Shown here: piece by piece, positions 1 to 10,957 of the stretch | Numbering within the stretch: position 1 is the stretch's first letter | Layout of the letters: the number at the start of each line of letters is the position of its first letter | Source: a virus | IMG/VR virus record: IMGVR_UViG_3300034683_000333 | Length of the DNA: 64,000 nucleotides | Strand: one strand, 5' to 3' | Program-made: the position numbers and the translations under genes | The notes under the pieces: generated by a model | Seen by the model: the letters and a program-made list of their open reading frames with translations, nothing else | Told to the model about the DNA's origin: nothing | Database searches by the model: none

Positions 1-218
1 TTAACTGAACAGCAACAGAAGTCGCCCACTTCTGTAAGTGGGTGATGAATGTTGCAAAAATATATAAAAAATGCTAAAATTATTATAGCGAAAACCAAGC
101 TAATTAGCCATGTAATTGGTAAAGCTGGGGAAGGAACAGCCCTTTGAGCGTGGGATAACTTGCTCCGTTGGGAGTATTGACCACGAAGCCACCACTTCTA
201 TAAGTGGGGGTAGTTCAC
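1..218 (+). mobile_element. Miniature non-autonomous IS200/IS605 (TnpB-type) element: left end, promoter and omegaRNA-like right end, no transposase or TnpB ORF
   Basis: Left-end hairpin CCCACTT-CTGT-AAGTGGG (25-42) followed by TGATGAATG. Right-end hairpin CCACTT-CTAT-AAGTGG (192-207) ending GGGTAGTTCAC (218). Region 130-218 resembles the 3' tail of tnpB loci. The left boundary may be cut by the window edge. Confidence 0.7.
52..80 (+). promoter_or_regulatory. sigma70-like promoter inside the miniature IS element
   Basis: TTGCAA-N17-TAAAAT with TG at the extended -10 position. Confidence 0.55.
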
Positions 219-344
219 TGCGTTACTAATATACATAGAATTAGTTATTTATTCAATGTAAATCAGAATTTTATGTTTGTGGGGTGTATTTAGTTGTTAC
301 ACTGGCGTTGTCACGAGAATTTTTGACAATGATTGGAGGAAACA

Positions 345-827
345 ATGAAGCACTAGAAATATTTAAAATACATAACAAAACATAAGTAGTATGTATTTAT
401 CGAGTGTGTTAAAATGGGGATTCCATTGACTGGAATTTTCCATGATTGGAGTAAATTTAGGCCATCTGAGTGGTTTCCATATGCAAACTACTTTTTTGGA
501 AAAAAATCAAAATACACCGAGGCTAAATTTGATTTCGCTTGGTTACTTCATCAAAAACGAAACAAGCACCATTGGGAGTATTGGGTTTTGCGTGGGAAAA
601 ATGGCAAGGTAAAGGTGTTCCCTATGCCGCTGAGATACAGAAAGGAAATGTTAGCTGATTGGATTGGGACAGGTAAAGCAAAAAACAATAAAAACGACGT
701 TGTTGAGTGGTATTTGAACAATAAACATCGTATTATTCTACACTAGCATACTAGGAGATAGATTGAGCGAGAATTGGGTATTGATCCATTATTTAATCAA
801 CCGCTAAAGCCATCAAAACAAAAGTAA
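345..827 (+). CDS. HD-like metal-binding protein (DUF5662-type), 160 aa, with 4 in-frame TAG read as Trp
   Basis: GGAGG SD before ATG 345. Reads MKH*KYLKYITKHK*YVF...FHDWSKF...NKHHWEYW...EMLADWIG...ILH*HTRR*IERELG and ends TAA 825-827. TAGs at 354, 387, 744, 759. Confidence 0.7.
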
Positions 828-895
828 TGATTTTTTTCTTTACTTGTTGTCATGTATATGATATAAGATAATCAAAATAGATGGAGGAGGGTGTT

Positions 896-1441
896 ATGGA
901 AGTCAGAGTTTTCTTTTTCAGGGGAAAGAAGGGTGACATCATTGGACATTCCGAAGACGGGAAGATCGTCTTTATTGACCGAAAGTCCACTTTGATCCCC
1001 AATGATGGGGAAGCTTGGTTTGCTAGGGTTGTAGCTGAAACACGTTCGGGTCATAAGATTGTTAGCCCGGTGGAACGTGTGAGTGATCGGCAAAAACGTG
1101 AAGCCGCCGCCATGACATCGGAGGCGGTTTCTTGCGCTCGTCGTTGGGCCAATGGGGACCCGGATCGGCTTGAATTTGTGAAGAAGTTCAACGACGACAC
1201 AATTCTATATTATTACAAAAATGGTGTTGATTTTCTTCAAAGGTCGCTTTCGGATGCGTTTGATCTTTGGATGAAGACGCAAAAGAGAGTGAGAAAATCC
1301 CCCGATTTTATCCATGAGGTAATTTCGGCCATCGAACCCGGTCCCGAAACGGAACCGCCCAAGGCTCCCGAAAAGCCTGAATGTGATCGACCTGGGTTGG
1401 TTCCCCTTTTCAATCGAGAAGAGGGGGGTGTGTTTCGGTGA
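896..1441 (+). CDS. Hypothetical protein (possible small OB/TRAM-like N-terminal fold)
   Basis: ORF track 881-1441. GGAGGAGGG SD favours ATG 896. Ends TGA. Confidence 0.6.
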   Translation: MEVRVFFFRGKKGDIIGHSEDGKIVFIDRKSTLIPNDGEAWFARVVAETRSGHKIVSPVERVSDRQKREAAAMTSEAVSCARRWANGDPDRLEFVKKFNDDTILYYYKNGVDFLQRSLSDAFDLWMKTQKRVRKSPDFIHEVISAIEPGPETEPPKAPEKPECDRPGLVPLFNREEGGVFR

Positions 1442-1873
1442 TATGCGTATCATCCATTTGAGAATGTTTTCTATGTCACGGGCGTTTCGGATAGTCCCTA
1501 CAAGGGGGATCTGAAGGTTTCGAAATCTCTTCGGAGGCCCGTTGAGATCACCACAACCCAGGAAACTTTGGATTGGGATGCTTTCGGGTATCCTACGGAT
1601 TCGGTCGAGATTATGAAGAAAAAGATCCATGATGCCAGAGAACGGGCCTTGATTTGGATGGACTACGAAGCGAAGCTCGAAGATTATAAAAAGGCAAAGG
1701 CTCAGTGGCTCTCCGGTTCCGTTAGGAACCAGCTTTAGCATTTCAATTGGACCGTCGAAGATGGGAAGGTTTACGTTCCCGGTGAAGAAGGTCTGGTTGA
1801 GGTTCATCCCACGTCATGGGAAGATGTTCATGAACTCCTGGATGTGCAAAGACGGCGGGGTGGTGTAATTTAA
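1442..1873 (+). pseudogene. Protein-like open frame (one TAG at 1736, ends TAA 1873) with no usable start codon
   Basis: Frame continues directly after TGA 1439-1441 (YAYHPFENVFYVTG...RNQL*HFNWTVEDG...). No ATG or GTG near the 5' end, so a small indel or a TGG>TGA change is possible. Confidence 0.45.
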
Positions 1874-1897
1874 ATAAAAAAAAAAATGATTACTTTT

Positions 1898-1928
1898 AAC
1901 CCGGTCATTTCAAAATGACCGGGTTTTT
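1898..1928. terminator. Bidirectional intrinsic terminator
   Basis: AACCCGGTCATTT-CA-AAATGACCGGGTT flanked by T/A runs, between convergent genes. Confidence 0.8.
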
Positions 1929-2069
1929 ATTTTGTTATCTATCAGCAAATATACACGGCGAAATAATTAGCATCCAAATAAATATGGAAAATCCGAAAAA
2001 ACAAGCGCAAAGAAAAATAAAAAAGAGATCTACGAAGACATCTGTTTTATTTCTCATCGAATTGTCCTA

Positions 2070-3248
2070 TTAACAAACAAATCCAAAAGTTTCGTATTCG
2101 ATGTTGTTCTTTTTTAGAAATTCCTTTGCCTGTTCAAGCCGATACGTCTTTTTGAGAATCATGTTTTTAAGACAGTTAGCCACAATTTGTTCATCTCCAT
2201 TTTCGTAAGCCCCAAAGAGAACCGGGGAATATTCTTTGTAATCTTTCATCACAATTTCCGCAAATTCTTTCCTCGAATTAGTTGAATTACGTAAATCGTT
2301 AAGTAATTTATGAAGTTCATCAACCGTTGTGTTAAAATAGTTAACAAATCCCTGCCACAACGAAGTTACATAGTCTCGTATTGCTGTTTGATCGTTTGGT
2401 ATGTTATTCATCAAATCATCAATTTTTTCTTCGAGAACGAGACGAATAATGTCATTTTCCCGAATGCCACTTCCCGATATCAACCGATGCCGTTCAAAAT
2501 ACCAACTGGTTTTCAGCTTAACAAGTTGATCGGAATAAACCAAAATCCAACCTTCAACACCTTCCAAGGTTTTGCTCTGGTTTATCAAGTGATCCAAAGT
2601 CATGTTGTCGAATCGCCGTGCAACTGGGATATCGTACTTGGTAATGAGATTGGTTGCGTAGGGGTCGTTATAAATATCAAGGTATTCTCCAGTCGTCTCA
2701 TCCCTCATCTGAATGAGGGTAAGCGATGGTTTGTCATAATAGATGACGATCTGATTTCCCGGAGCACAATATTCAAAAATTGCCGCTTTTCCATCGGAAA
2801 TCGTTTGTTCAACGAATGCACGTACATTTGGGTTATTTTCGAAAATGATCTGTGCGTTTTTGGCCGGATCAGATTCAAATGAAAGTTTCGTTTTGGCTCG
2901 AATGTTTCCGTTCACAGGAACAAAGCGAATCATTGATCCATCGAGTTTTTCAACAACGTACAACAGGTTTTTATTTTTCAATTCATGATACTGGTAACCA
3001 TCGGTTTCATTGAGATTGAAAAATTTATGAAGATGTAAAAATCTAGAAAAACAATCCGATCCGTTTTCGACAAAAGTAAGTCCCCTCAATTCCTGTGCAT
3101 TGAAAATGGAAAAATCTTGGGGAGTCGCAAGCATATAGGAAAACTGATAGACCTTTTTGCCATCAATCAATTCTTCTTTTACCCGAAAGGAAGTAGAATT
3201 TTTAACAATTTCAAAACAAGTGTTGAGATCTGGTAAATAAAAAGACAT
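2070..3248 (-). CDS. T4 Rnl1-like RNA ligase
   Basis: Nucleotidyltransferase motifs VEKLDGS (I), EGVEGWIL (IV), VKLKTSWY (V), plus HLHKFFNLNE. No internal TAG; ends TAA. Confidence 0.85.
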   Translation of the reverse strand: MSFYLPDLNTCFEIVKNSTSFRVKEELIDGKKVYQFSYMLATPQDFSIFNAQELRGLTFVENGSDCFSRFLHLHKFFNLNETDGYQYHELKNKNLLYVVEKLDGSMIRFVPVNGNIRAKTKLSFESDPAKNAQIIFENNPNVRAFVEQTISDGKAAIFEYCAPGNQIVIYYDKPSLTLIQMRDETTGEYLDIYNDPYATNLITKYDIPVARRFDNMTLDHLINQSKTLEGVEGWILVYSDQLVKLKTSWYFERHRLISGSGIRENDIIRLVLEEKIDDLMNNIPNDQTAIRDYVTSLWQGFVNYFNTTVDELHKLLNDLRNSTNSRKEFAEIVMKDYKEYSPVLFGAYENGDEQIVANCLKNMILKKTYRLEQAKEFLKKNNIEYETFGFVC

Positions 3249-3268
3249 GGATTAAACACCCCCTTCAA

Positions 3269-3622
3269 TTAAATTTCTTTATACATTTCTTCTTCTGTCC
3301 AATCAAGTGATGGATCAATTGGATTACCATTTTCATCAACGAGATTGGTGAAGATGTTTGGTCCCGAAGACCAGATATCTGCGGCTTCTATTTCATAAAC
3401 GGTTCTACCATCTTTTAATACGTATCCTGGTAGCATTACTTCGTGGCTATATGGATTAAACACGTCAATGTAGAAATATTTTCCGTCAACTATTTTCATT
3501 TTGTCGTATGTTTCTTGTAGTTTGCCATCAACGTACACTTCGACTTTTTCTGTTGCGGCGTTTTCATCGAGAAATTCGTAGGCACGTTGTGTTAAACCTA
3601 TAAAAGTTGTGGATCTTGCCAT
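3269..3622 (-). CDS. Hypothetical acidic protein
   Basis: ORF track. GGGGG SD before ATG 3622. Ends TAA. Confidence 0.6.
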   Translation of the reverse strand: MARSTTFIGLTQRAYEFLDENAATEKVEVYVDGKLQETYDKMKIVDGKYFYIDVFNPYSHEVMLPGYVLKDGRTVYEIEAADIWSSGPNIFTNLVDENGNPIDPSLDWTEEEMYKEI

Positions 3623-3639
3623 TGTAAGTCCCCCATGGT

Positions 3640-3867
3640 TTAATCTAGTGTCCAAGCGGTTTTACCATAAACTTGAAGATAAATAATTGCATGATTGATA
3701 AAAAGGGCTTCTGGATCGATGATTACTGGAACTTGTTTATCAACAAGCACCATGGCCTCACCCAAGGAAAGATCATGTACGTTTACAAGAACGTACTCAT
3801 CGGTTCTGAAAACATCAAGATTTTTGGAATGTTCGGGATGATAGACAACGACGGTTTTCATAATCAA
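3640..3867 (-). CDS. Small hypothetical protein
   Basis: ORF track. GGAGG SD before the ATG. Ends TAA. Confidence 0.55.
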   Translation of the reverse strand: MIMKTVVVYHPEHSKNLDVFRTDEYVLVNVHDLSLGEAMVLVDKQVPVIIDPEALFINHAIIYLQVYGKTAWTLD

Positions 3868-3884
3868 CCTCCAACAACAGTGTT

Positions 3885-4152
3885 TTAAGTACGAACACTA
3901 ACAAGAAGTGTTCCTCCTTTCGGAGTTATTTTGCCCATCCCCAATGTTAGACTGGCTTGTTTTGTATGTACCACTGTCCCTACCCCTCAGGACTGTTTAG
4001 GTACATGCGGCAGAGCATGGGACTTGAGCAGCATCCCATGGTGTCATGACCAGTCTAACGTAGCCCGATGGAAAGTTAATCTTTCCCATGGCTGAGGGTA
4101 GTCAACTAAGGCTTTTGCAAGCCTCCACCTCTATAGGTGGTGGGTAGTTGAC
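3885..4152 (-). ncRNA. Orphan IscB omegaRNA (second copy), truncated after the first few iscB codons
   Basis: Near-identical to the 36590-36848 region: GTCAACTACCC...GTTGACTACCCTCAG...CTACGTT...AACATTGGGGATGGG...CCGAAAGGAGG...TTGTTAGTGTTCGTACTTAA, then diverges. No iscB ORF and no right-end hairpin. Confidence 0.85.
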
Positions 4153-4227
4153 AAATACCTCCGTAAGTTAAGGCACAAGGAAGTCTCTAGAACTTCCAAG
4201 TGCCCCCAAAAGCCGAGTGTTGTTGTT

Positions 4228-4437
4228 TCAGTACCAATACTTAATCCGATCAAACCAAGTATTTTTCTGTTTGAACCTCATACCATGTTCTTTATAAAAA
4301 TTATTGAGATCTTTTTCCCGTTGTTTTTCATTTTCATCAATTCTTGACTCAAAATCTTCTTTTAATTGATTAAATCTATAATCAGCAAAAACGGTAGCAA
4401 GTAATGACCATTGAAAAAACGGGTAATAGGCAAACAT
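4228..4437 (-). CDS. Small membrane-anchored / coiled-coil hypothetical protein
   Basis: AAGGAG SD before ATG 4437. Hydrophobic N-terminus followed by a charged helix. Ends TGA. Confidence 0.55.
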   Translation of the reverse strand: MFAYYPFFQWSLLATVFADYRFNQLKEDFESRIDENEKQREKDLNNFYKEHGMRFKQKNTWFDRIKYWY

Positions 4438-4456
4438 AACGATCTCCTTCCCAGGC

Positions 4457-4465
4457 AACTAATTA
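4457..4465 (+). promoter_or_regulatory. Putative late-promoter motif AACTAATTA upstream of the tape measure gene
   Basis: The same motif recurs on the coding strand upstream of most virion gene units. Confidence 0.6.
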
Positions 4466-4523
4466 TATTGATTACATTAAATCTATTATATACCAAAACA
4501 CATTAGGGGTCAATAGTAAACCA

Positions 4524-7500
4524 ATGCCTAAAACAAAATACGAACAAACCGAACCCAAAATGATCGATCCAGAAATTTCTGGTGCCGCTGAAATGATTGG
4601 TCAAAGTCTTGAAATGCTTTCAACCGCTGTTTCTAAATTTGAACGTGCGGGATCGGCGGTGGATGCATTTGCCACGAAACTTCGTTCGGTGAGTGAGGGA
4701 TTTTCAAATGCCTTGTCAACACTTAATAAGTTGGCAAGTGGTGGTGGAGGTGGCGGAACACCGTCGGGAGTTGGCGTTGGTACTCGACCTTTGCCGGGTG
4801 ATCCCACATCACTATTGCAACAAATCAGTCAAATGTGGGGTCAACCTTCCCCGTTAACGGGCCGTAGAATGGGTGCTGGTTCGATTTCAAAATTATTGTC
4901 AGAACAAGCCGGGTATTCACAAATGGATGTTCAACGTCTTATTAAAGAAGCTCAACGTGGAGAATATGGAGATGTTTTTAAGAGAAAATTAAACGAATAT
5001 GTTCACCAACCCAACTTGGAACGGATGCAGACAACGAACATGGCTCCGTCTTCCAACGTGGCACGTACATGGAGCGATGTTCAATACCTAAATCGAAAAC
5101 TTTCCGATTGGGTTGAAAAACAAACCCAGCGAATTGCTTCACTTCCAGGACCGGAACAACAACGACGGTCCATGGGGCCGACACCACAGACGCAACAACC
5201 ACCGTGGTATGCACCCACTCAGCCTCAACGTATTGCTTCCACGGCCCTTGTCCCGGTATCTCAAGTCGGGAAAACACCCCCACCACCCCCACCTTCTCCC
5301 GCAACTCCTCCACCGACGGGTGGTCCAAAGCAGTTGCCTGTCCCGACCAAACCCCAGGTTATTGTTATTGAACCTAAAGATATACCACGTAGGGGTGGGT
5401 TTGGTCCAACTGCTACTGGTGCCGGTGGCGGTTATTTACCACCTCCTGGTGGCCCTGGTGGTGGAGAGGGTAGAAACTGGCGAGATTGGGAACCACCCCC
5501 TGGTGGTGGAGATGATGGTGGTGAATCTGGTGGTAGTCGTGGCGGTGGTGGAAGGATGGATGATTTTCTAATGACATTTGAGATGATGAACCCATTTGCG
5601 CCGAGGAACTTGGCGTGGTTGGGAATGTTTTCCTTTTCTGGTCAACTCTAGCCTGCAACCATGGCCCTTAGTCAACCAACCATGATGGCTGGTCAACATT
5701 ACCAAAATGTCGTGGAAGGTCTCAAGCAATTTGGATCTTCTTTTTCCGGGCTTCCAAGGTTATCTGGTTTATTTCAACAAATTATTCAAACAGATGCCTT
5801 TGATCTTTATGAATCAATGCACCAAAGTTTTACTGTTTTGAAAAATGTGTATTCAAGTTCAACACGTGCAGAAAAGATTATGGGACAATCCATTCAGTTG
5901 GCCCGTTCAACTCCCCTTGAAGTACGAGATCTTTTGGGAATCTTTTCAACATTTTCGGTTAACCCCGAACTTCGTGGGATTTTAAGTAACAGGCAACAAA
6001 TGACTCAATTAGCAACGGGTGTTGCTGGTTTATCGTTCTTAGTTCCAGAACAGGGAACGGAAGGTGCTATTTTTGCCATTCGTGAAGCTTTGGCTGGACA
6101 ATACCGATCCATTAAACGCCGTTTTAATATTTCACCCGAAATTATTGCATCATCGGCTGGTATGACGCTTGGAGAACTCAAGGAAAAACCAGTTTCATTC
6201 CTCGAAGCACTTGATATATTTTTGAAACAAAACCTTGGTCAAAATACATTTACGGAACTTCAAGATACATTTACCAAACAGGTTGGAAATATTTATGACT
6301 CATTGATGGGTGGAATTTTCCGTGGTTTCAGGGAAACGAGTATATATTCAAACGTGACGATGTTTGCCAAGGAAACTAGTAATGTTGTGGATCGTTTGTT
6401 TAAATCAGACGTATTTGGTAATTTTTTTCAAAATTTCTCTCAAAGTATTAACACCAATTTTACTCGTGCTGTTGATGTTCTAAGAACGATTGATTTTGAT
6501 CGTGATCCACCGGAACAAATTCGTGAAAAAGCCCAAAATGCTTTTCAATATGCCTTTTCGAGTATCATTAAGGACACGATTCCAGCCGTTGATGCGTTGA
6601 AGGAAGTAGTAACGCCTATTGCAAGTAAGCTAAGTGATGCCATGATTTCAAGCATGAGTCGAACGGTTGGATCAATTTTTACTGGAATGATGGGTGCCGG
6701 TGTTAAACAAACCATTCTATTGGGAACCAGTGTTGCCAGTAAATTGGTTCCTGGAGAAACGCTTTCGGGTGCAGTCGAACAGATGGGAGAATCGTTTGGT
6801 ACGTTCGCAACGGAAAATCCGTTTTTAACGATTGGTGGACTTGCCGTTGCAAGCAAGGGAATCATGGGTCGTGTAAGGGGATTTCTCACAAGACCGGATG
6901 TTGCGGATGCCGGTGGGGTGCTAAATTACCTGAGTGCTAGGGCAACCCAAAGTCGTGGAATTGGATATTTGATGAGTCAATCCTTTTTGGGTTCACGGGC
7001 GGCGATCCCAACCTTCATGGCTCCGGCAATTCTTTACCAATTTTATCGAGATTATCAAAAAATTCAAGAAGCTACCAAAGCTCAACCAGTTGATTACGAA
7101 CAACAAGCCGATATTCTCCAATATATGGCGGCCCGTCCAGGAGCACCCATTTCTGATATCATGGATCAGATCAACGCTCTTGGAACCAACTTTGAAACCG
7201 AAAAAATCCGTTTCGGTTATGGTGATATTGCCACCCACTCACTTCTTGCCGGAAGTCTCGCTTAGGGTGCTTTGGGTCGTGTGACTCCCGATTGGGCACT
7301 ACAACGCATCGGAACTCTCCCACAGAACCGCTTTGTGAATGCGTTTCGTCGTCCAACCGCCTGGGCATTGGACCGATTGGCCTCCATGTCAACCCTTCGT
7401 CGTCAATTTTTGGGAGCGGCTGGAGTTGGATCAGCCGTTGGACTTGCCGGACTTATGATGGAAGGTGATATTGATGTTTCTAAAAGATTCATGGCAGATT

Positions 7501-10037
7501 ATCGCCAAGGTGTCGGTTTGGTTCACACACTTGGTAGTGGTCTTTCCATGTTGGGATTTATGACAGGTAATCCTTACGTTGGTTTGGCTGGAGTGGCCTT
7601 ATCTGTTGGTGGTGAGTTTGCTGTATCTAAGTATTACGAACATAAAACCGACGAATATAGAAAAACAATTAACAAACGAATTGAAGAAAACCGACAAATT
7701 GTTAACAAACAATTATCTTCTTATCTTAGTATATTGGATAAACAACCAGAAGAAATTGTAAAAACACTTTCTCAAGATACTGGTGAATTATCCAATGTTC
7801 TAGGACTTATTGATGTTATGGGTACGAATTGGTCACAGAAACGAGATGAGTATTTTTCAAAACTTGTTTCTTCTGGTGATATTGGTCAAGAACGGTCTCA
7901 AAAACTAAAAGGAGTGATTGCACGGAACATAAAGCGAATTTCGTCAAATGAAAAACAATATAAGGCTTTAATGGATGCAATTGGTAAGAGTAATGTGGAA
8001 AGAGTGAAGGATATTCTTAGTTTAACTTCAGAAGATGTCGGTGGAATTAGAAATGAACAACTATTTTTATCTGCTATTATGGCAGAAGCATTAAATCTTC
8101 AACAACAGTTGCAACCAACACTGGCGACGGATCTCATGTCAACGATTACTCAGTCACTTATCGAGCGAACGAGAGGAACTGCATTTGGTAATGTTTTAAG
8201 ACGAAATTATACGGGTGAAGTGCAACGTACACGAACCATATTTTCATTGGATAGACAACAAAGAAATCTCAATCAAATTAAAGAGTCTTTAGAGGATGTT
8301 TTTACTGCTTCTATAATGACTTCGATGCCAGAAATGAAGCTTGAAAAAGCGCAAAATTTGGCTTCAAAGGAAGTATCTCGTGTTTATGATCTGGATAAAG
8401 TTTCTGGTATCATGAACACATTGCGTCAATATGCTGTATCTGAAAGAAATTTTTATGAAAGTCAGGTATTTGGTCTTGATGAATTTGCTAAGTCGGAAAT
8501 AAACCGAAATGCTGGTCCACGAACAATTTTTCAAGAAGCTGACGAACGGGTAAAGGCGCTTCGTCAATTTGATCAACAATCTATTGGAAGATTGTTCTTA
8601 AGTAGAAGTGTTGATATGTTCGGACAACAAAGCGCTTTGCCGTGGATTGGTTATCAGTTTGCACAGAAAAATCCACAGATGATGAGTCCAGAACTTTTTA
8701 GAGAATTTTCAACAAGAACAACAGATTTGTACGGACAAATTTTTGAAAAACAAGTTTCACAGTATTGGAATGTTACCGCAACAGCAAGAACTTCCATCGG
8801 AGAACTATCAGAAGGTATAAACAAGTTCAAAAATGTTGCAACAGAAAGTCAACTAAACGAAAGCATTAAAAAATACAATAATGCTAAAAATGAGTTTATT
8901 GATAGTGTTGTAAAGCTTATGGATACACGTCCCATTGAAAGTGCAATTGATAAGAATACTCGGCTGTATGATATGGCACCAGAATCCATAACATCCCAAC
9001 AACTTGATCGTGAAAAAGTTATAGAAAAGATTACTAAAGAAGCTGGTACTTGGGATGTTAATAAAATGCGTGAATATCTAATGGGTGAAATGACACGTGG
9101 ATTGGCACCCGAAGAACGTGGTACCATGCTTGAACGTATTGATAAGGAAATTTTACCAAAATATGGCGAAACTTTAAAATTTAAAAACGTTTCATCAACC
9201 GTGGAAAATCTACGTTCGTTTATGCAGTCATCGACGGAAGAAATTACTCCAATGTTGGTACAATCCATGAATGCACAGCAGGTACAAAATGTTTATGCCA
9301 CGATGCAAAATTATTTGGAACAGGTATATGGTGGAATGGGAACATCCATGAATATTATGGGTATGATGGCTGGTGGTGTCCAACAAACCCTTGGGGGTGG
9401 TGGCGGTCTATTTGGTTATGTGGGAATGGGCGAAACGTTGCTTCCTGGACAAATAACCGTCGGGGGTGTTCGGGCCACCAACCCCTTTGTTCTATCCGAA
9501 CAGCGAAAACTCGAAGAGGAGTCCCAGATTTCATAGGAAGATCTCAATAAACTTCAGGGCCAGCGATCCGTGGTTCGAGAACAATGGACACAGCAAATGA
9601 GCAAGGTCCTGAACTTCATGGTGGAAAATCCAGAACAGGTTGATCCGGCCATGCTTAAGCAGGTTGCGGAATATCAAAAGATGGGTGTATCCATGGGATT
9701 TGGGATGAGTGGAGAACAACGGGCCATGCTTGCCCAGGTGCAACTCAACATGCTCTCCAGGCAAGGAGAAGTTGTGGGATCGTTTTTTGATGAGATGCAA
9801 TCGGGTCGTATGGGGCTTGCCAAGGACATTCTTTCCCTTGCAGGTCAATCGGGTCTCGATTTGGGCGAAATCGGTGGAAAATCTCCCATTGATGATCTCG
9901 TTCGAGCAAAAGACGGAATTGTTGGAGCACTTCAAGAGCTTAAGGAATCGCTTTCCAATGCGGCAAAGGACATCGGAGAATTGTTTGAAAATCTTGGTAC
10001 CACTCCCGGTAGCCGGGTGGAGGTTCCCAGTCCATGA
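4524..10037 (+). CDS. Tail tape measure protein, 1837 aa, 3 in-frame TAG
   Basis: Track ORFs 4524, 5661, 7272 and 9570 share one frame and are separated only by TAG (5649, 7263, 9534). Ends TGA. Has the tape-measure-like motif GAIFAIREALAGQYRSIKRRFNI, Ala/Gly/Leu-rich helices and a Pro/Gly-rich linker. Confidence 0.8.
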
Positions 10038-10957
10038 AACGAAAAATTATTCTATTTTGTTTGATGATCGTTTTCACTTGGGGAACGGTTTATTCCATGG
10101 GTTGGGTTGGGAATAATCCAACCCAACCTATTTCTGAACAAGAAGGTTCTGATGTAAAAGATGATTCGATGGAAAAGCCGGTTATTGATTCAGTATCCAC
10201 ACCACAAAAGATTTCCATCACGAAAGAGTGGTTGCAAACGATTAAAGATACATTTTTGGAACAACACGATGAAATGTTGGAAATTTTGAGTGAAAAATAC
10301 GGTATCGAAGATTACAAGAAAGCATCGCAATATAAGTTTCGTGTATGTGGTGCAAAATTTTACAATTGTTACGTAGAAAGTCGTTATAAGTATTTTGTTT
10401 CCTATGCAAAATACATTGAGAAATAGGGAAAATTTTATTTTAATTTAGATTATGATGAATTGGCTTTCAGGCTTATTTCATCTATTGCTTGGTGTGAATC
10501 TGGATTTAAAGCAAATTTGGTAAGCCCCGATGGTGGTTATGGAGCTTTTCAGGTTACTCCATCGGCGGTTGGAGATAAAACAATTGATGTTTCCCGACTT
10601 TTGAATCCAGATTATAATACTCAACAAGGAGTCTATATTCTTTATAAATTTTGGAAATCTTCATTTGATCTACTCCCACGAAGTCTTAAAGAATATGACG
10701 AAACGATTCGGTGGTAGATCACGTTACGTGGATATAACGGTGGATATAAATGGATTAAGAGAATTCTGGATCGGTGTGTGGAAGAAAATGACTATCAAGC
10801 TTTTATCGAGACTGTAGTTTCGGGTGATTTTTTGAATACAAGTAAGTGCAACGGTAGATTTTTATGTTACGAACGTGTCAATGTATCCTACCCAATCAAA
10901 ATATATATAACAGAAGACTGGTTACTTAAATTAAATATAACGATTGGGGGGTTTTAA
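10034..10957 (+). CDS. SLT-family lytic transglycosylase with N-terminal signal/TM segment, 307 aa, 2 in-frame TAG
   Basis: Motif I AWCESGF, motif II GYGAFQV. Motif III TLRGYNGG lies beyond TAG 10715, so readthrough is needed for a complete domain. Ends TAA overlapping the next ATG. Confidence 0.8.

Noticed and set aside
1205-2882. ORFs 1205-1807 (-) and 2310-2882 (+)
   Set aside because: They overlap better-supported genes on the opposite strand and have no motifs.
4978-5658. His/Pro-rich alternative-frame ORFs in the tape measure gene
   Set aside because: By-products of the low-complexity Pro/Gly linker (CCA/GGT repeats).
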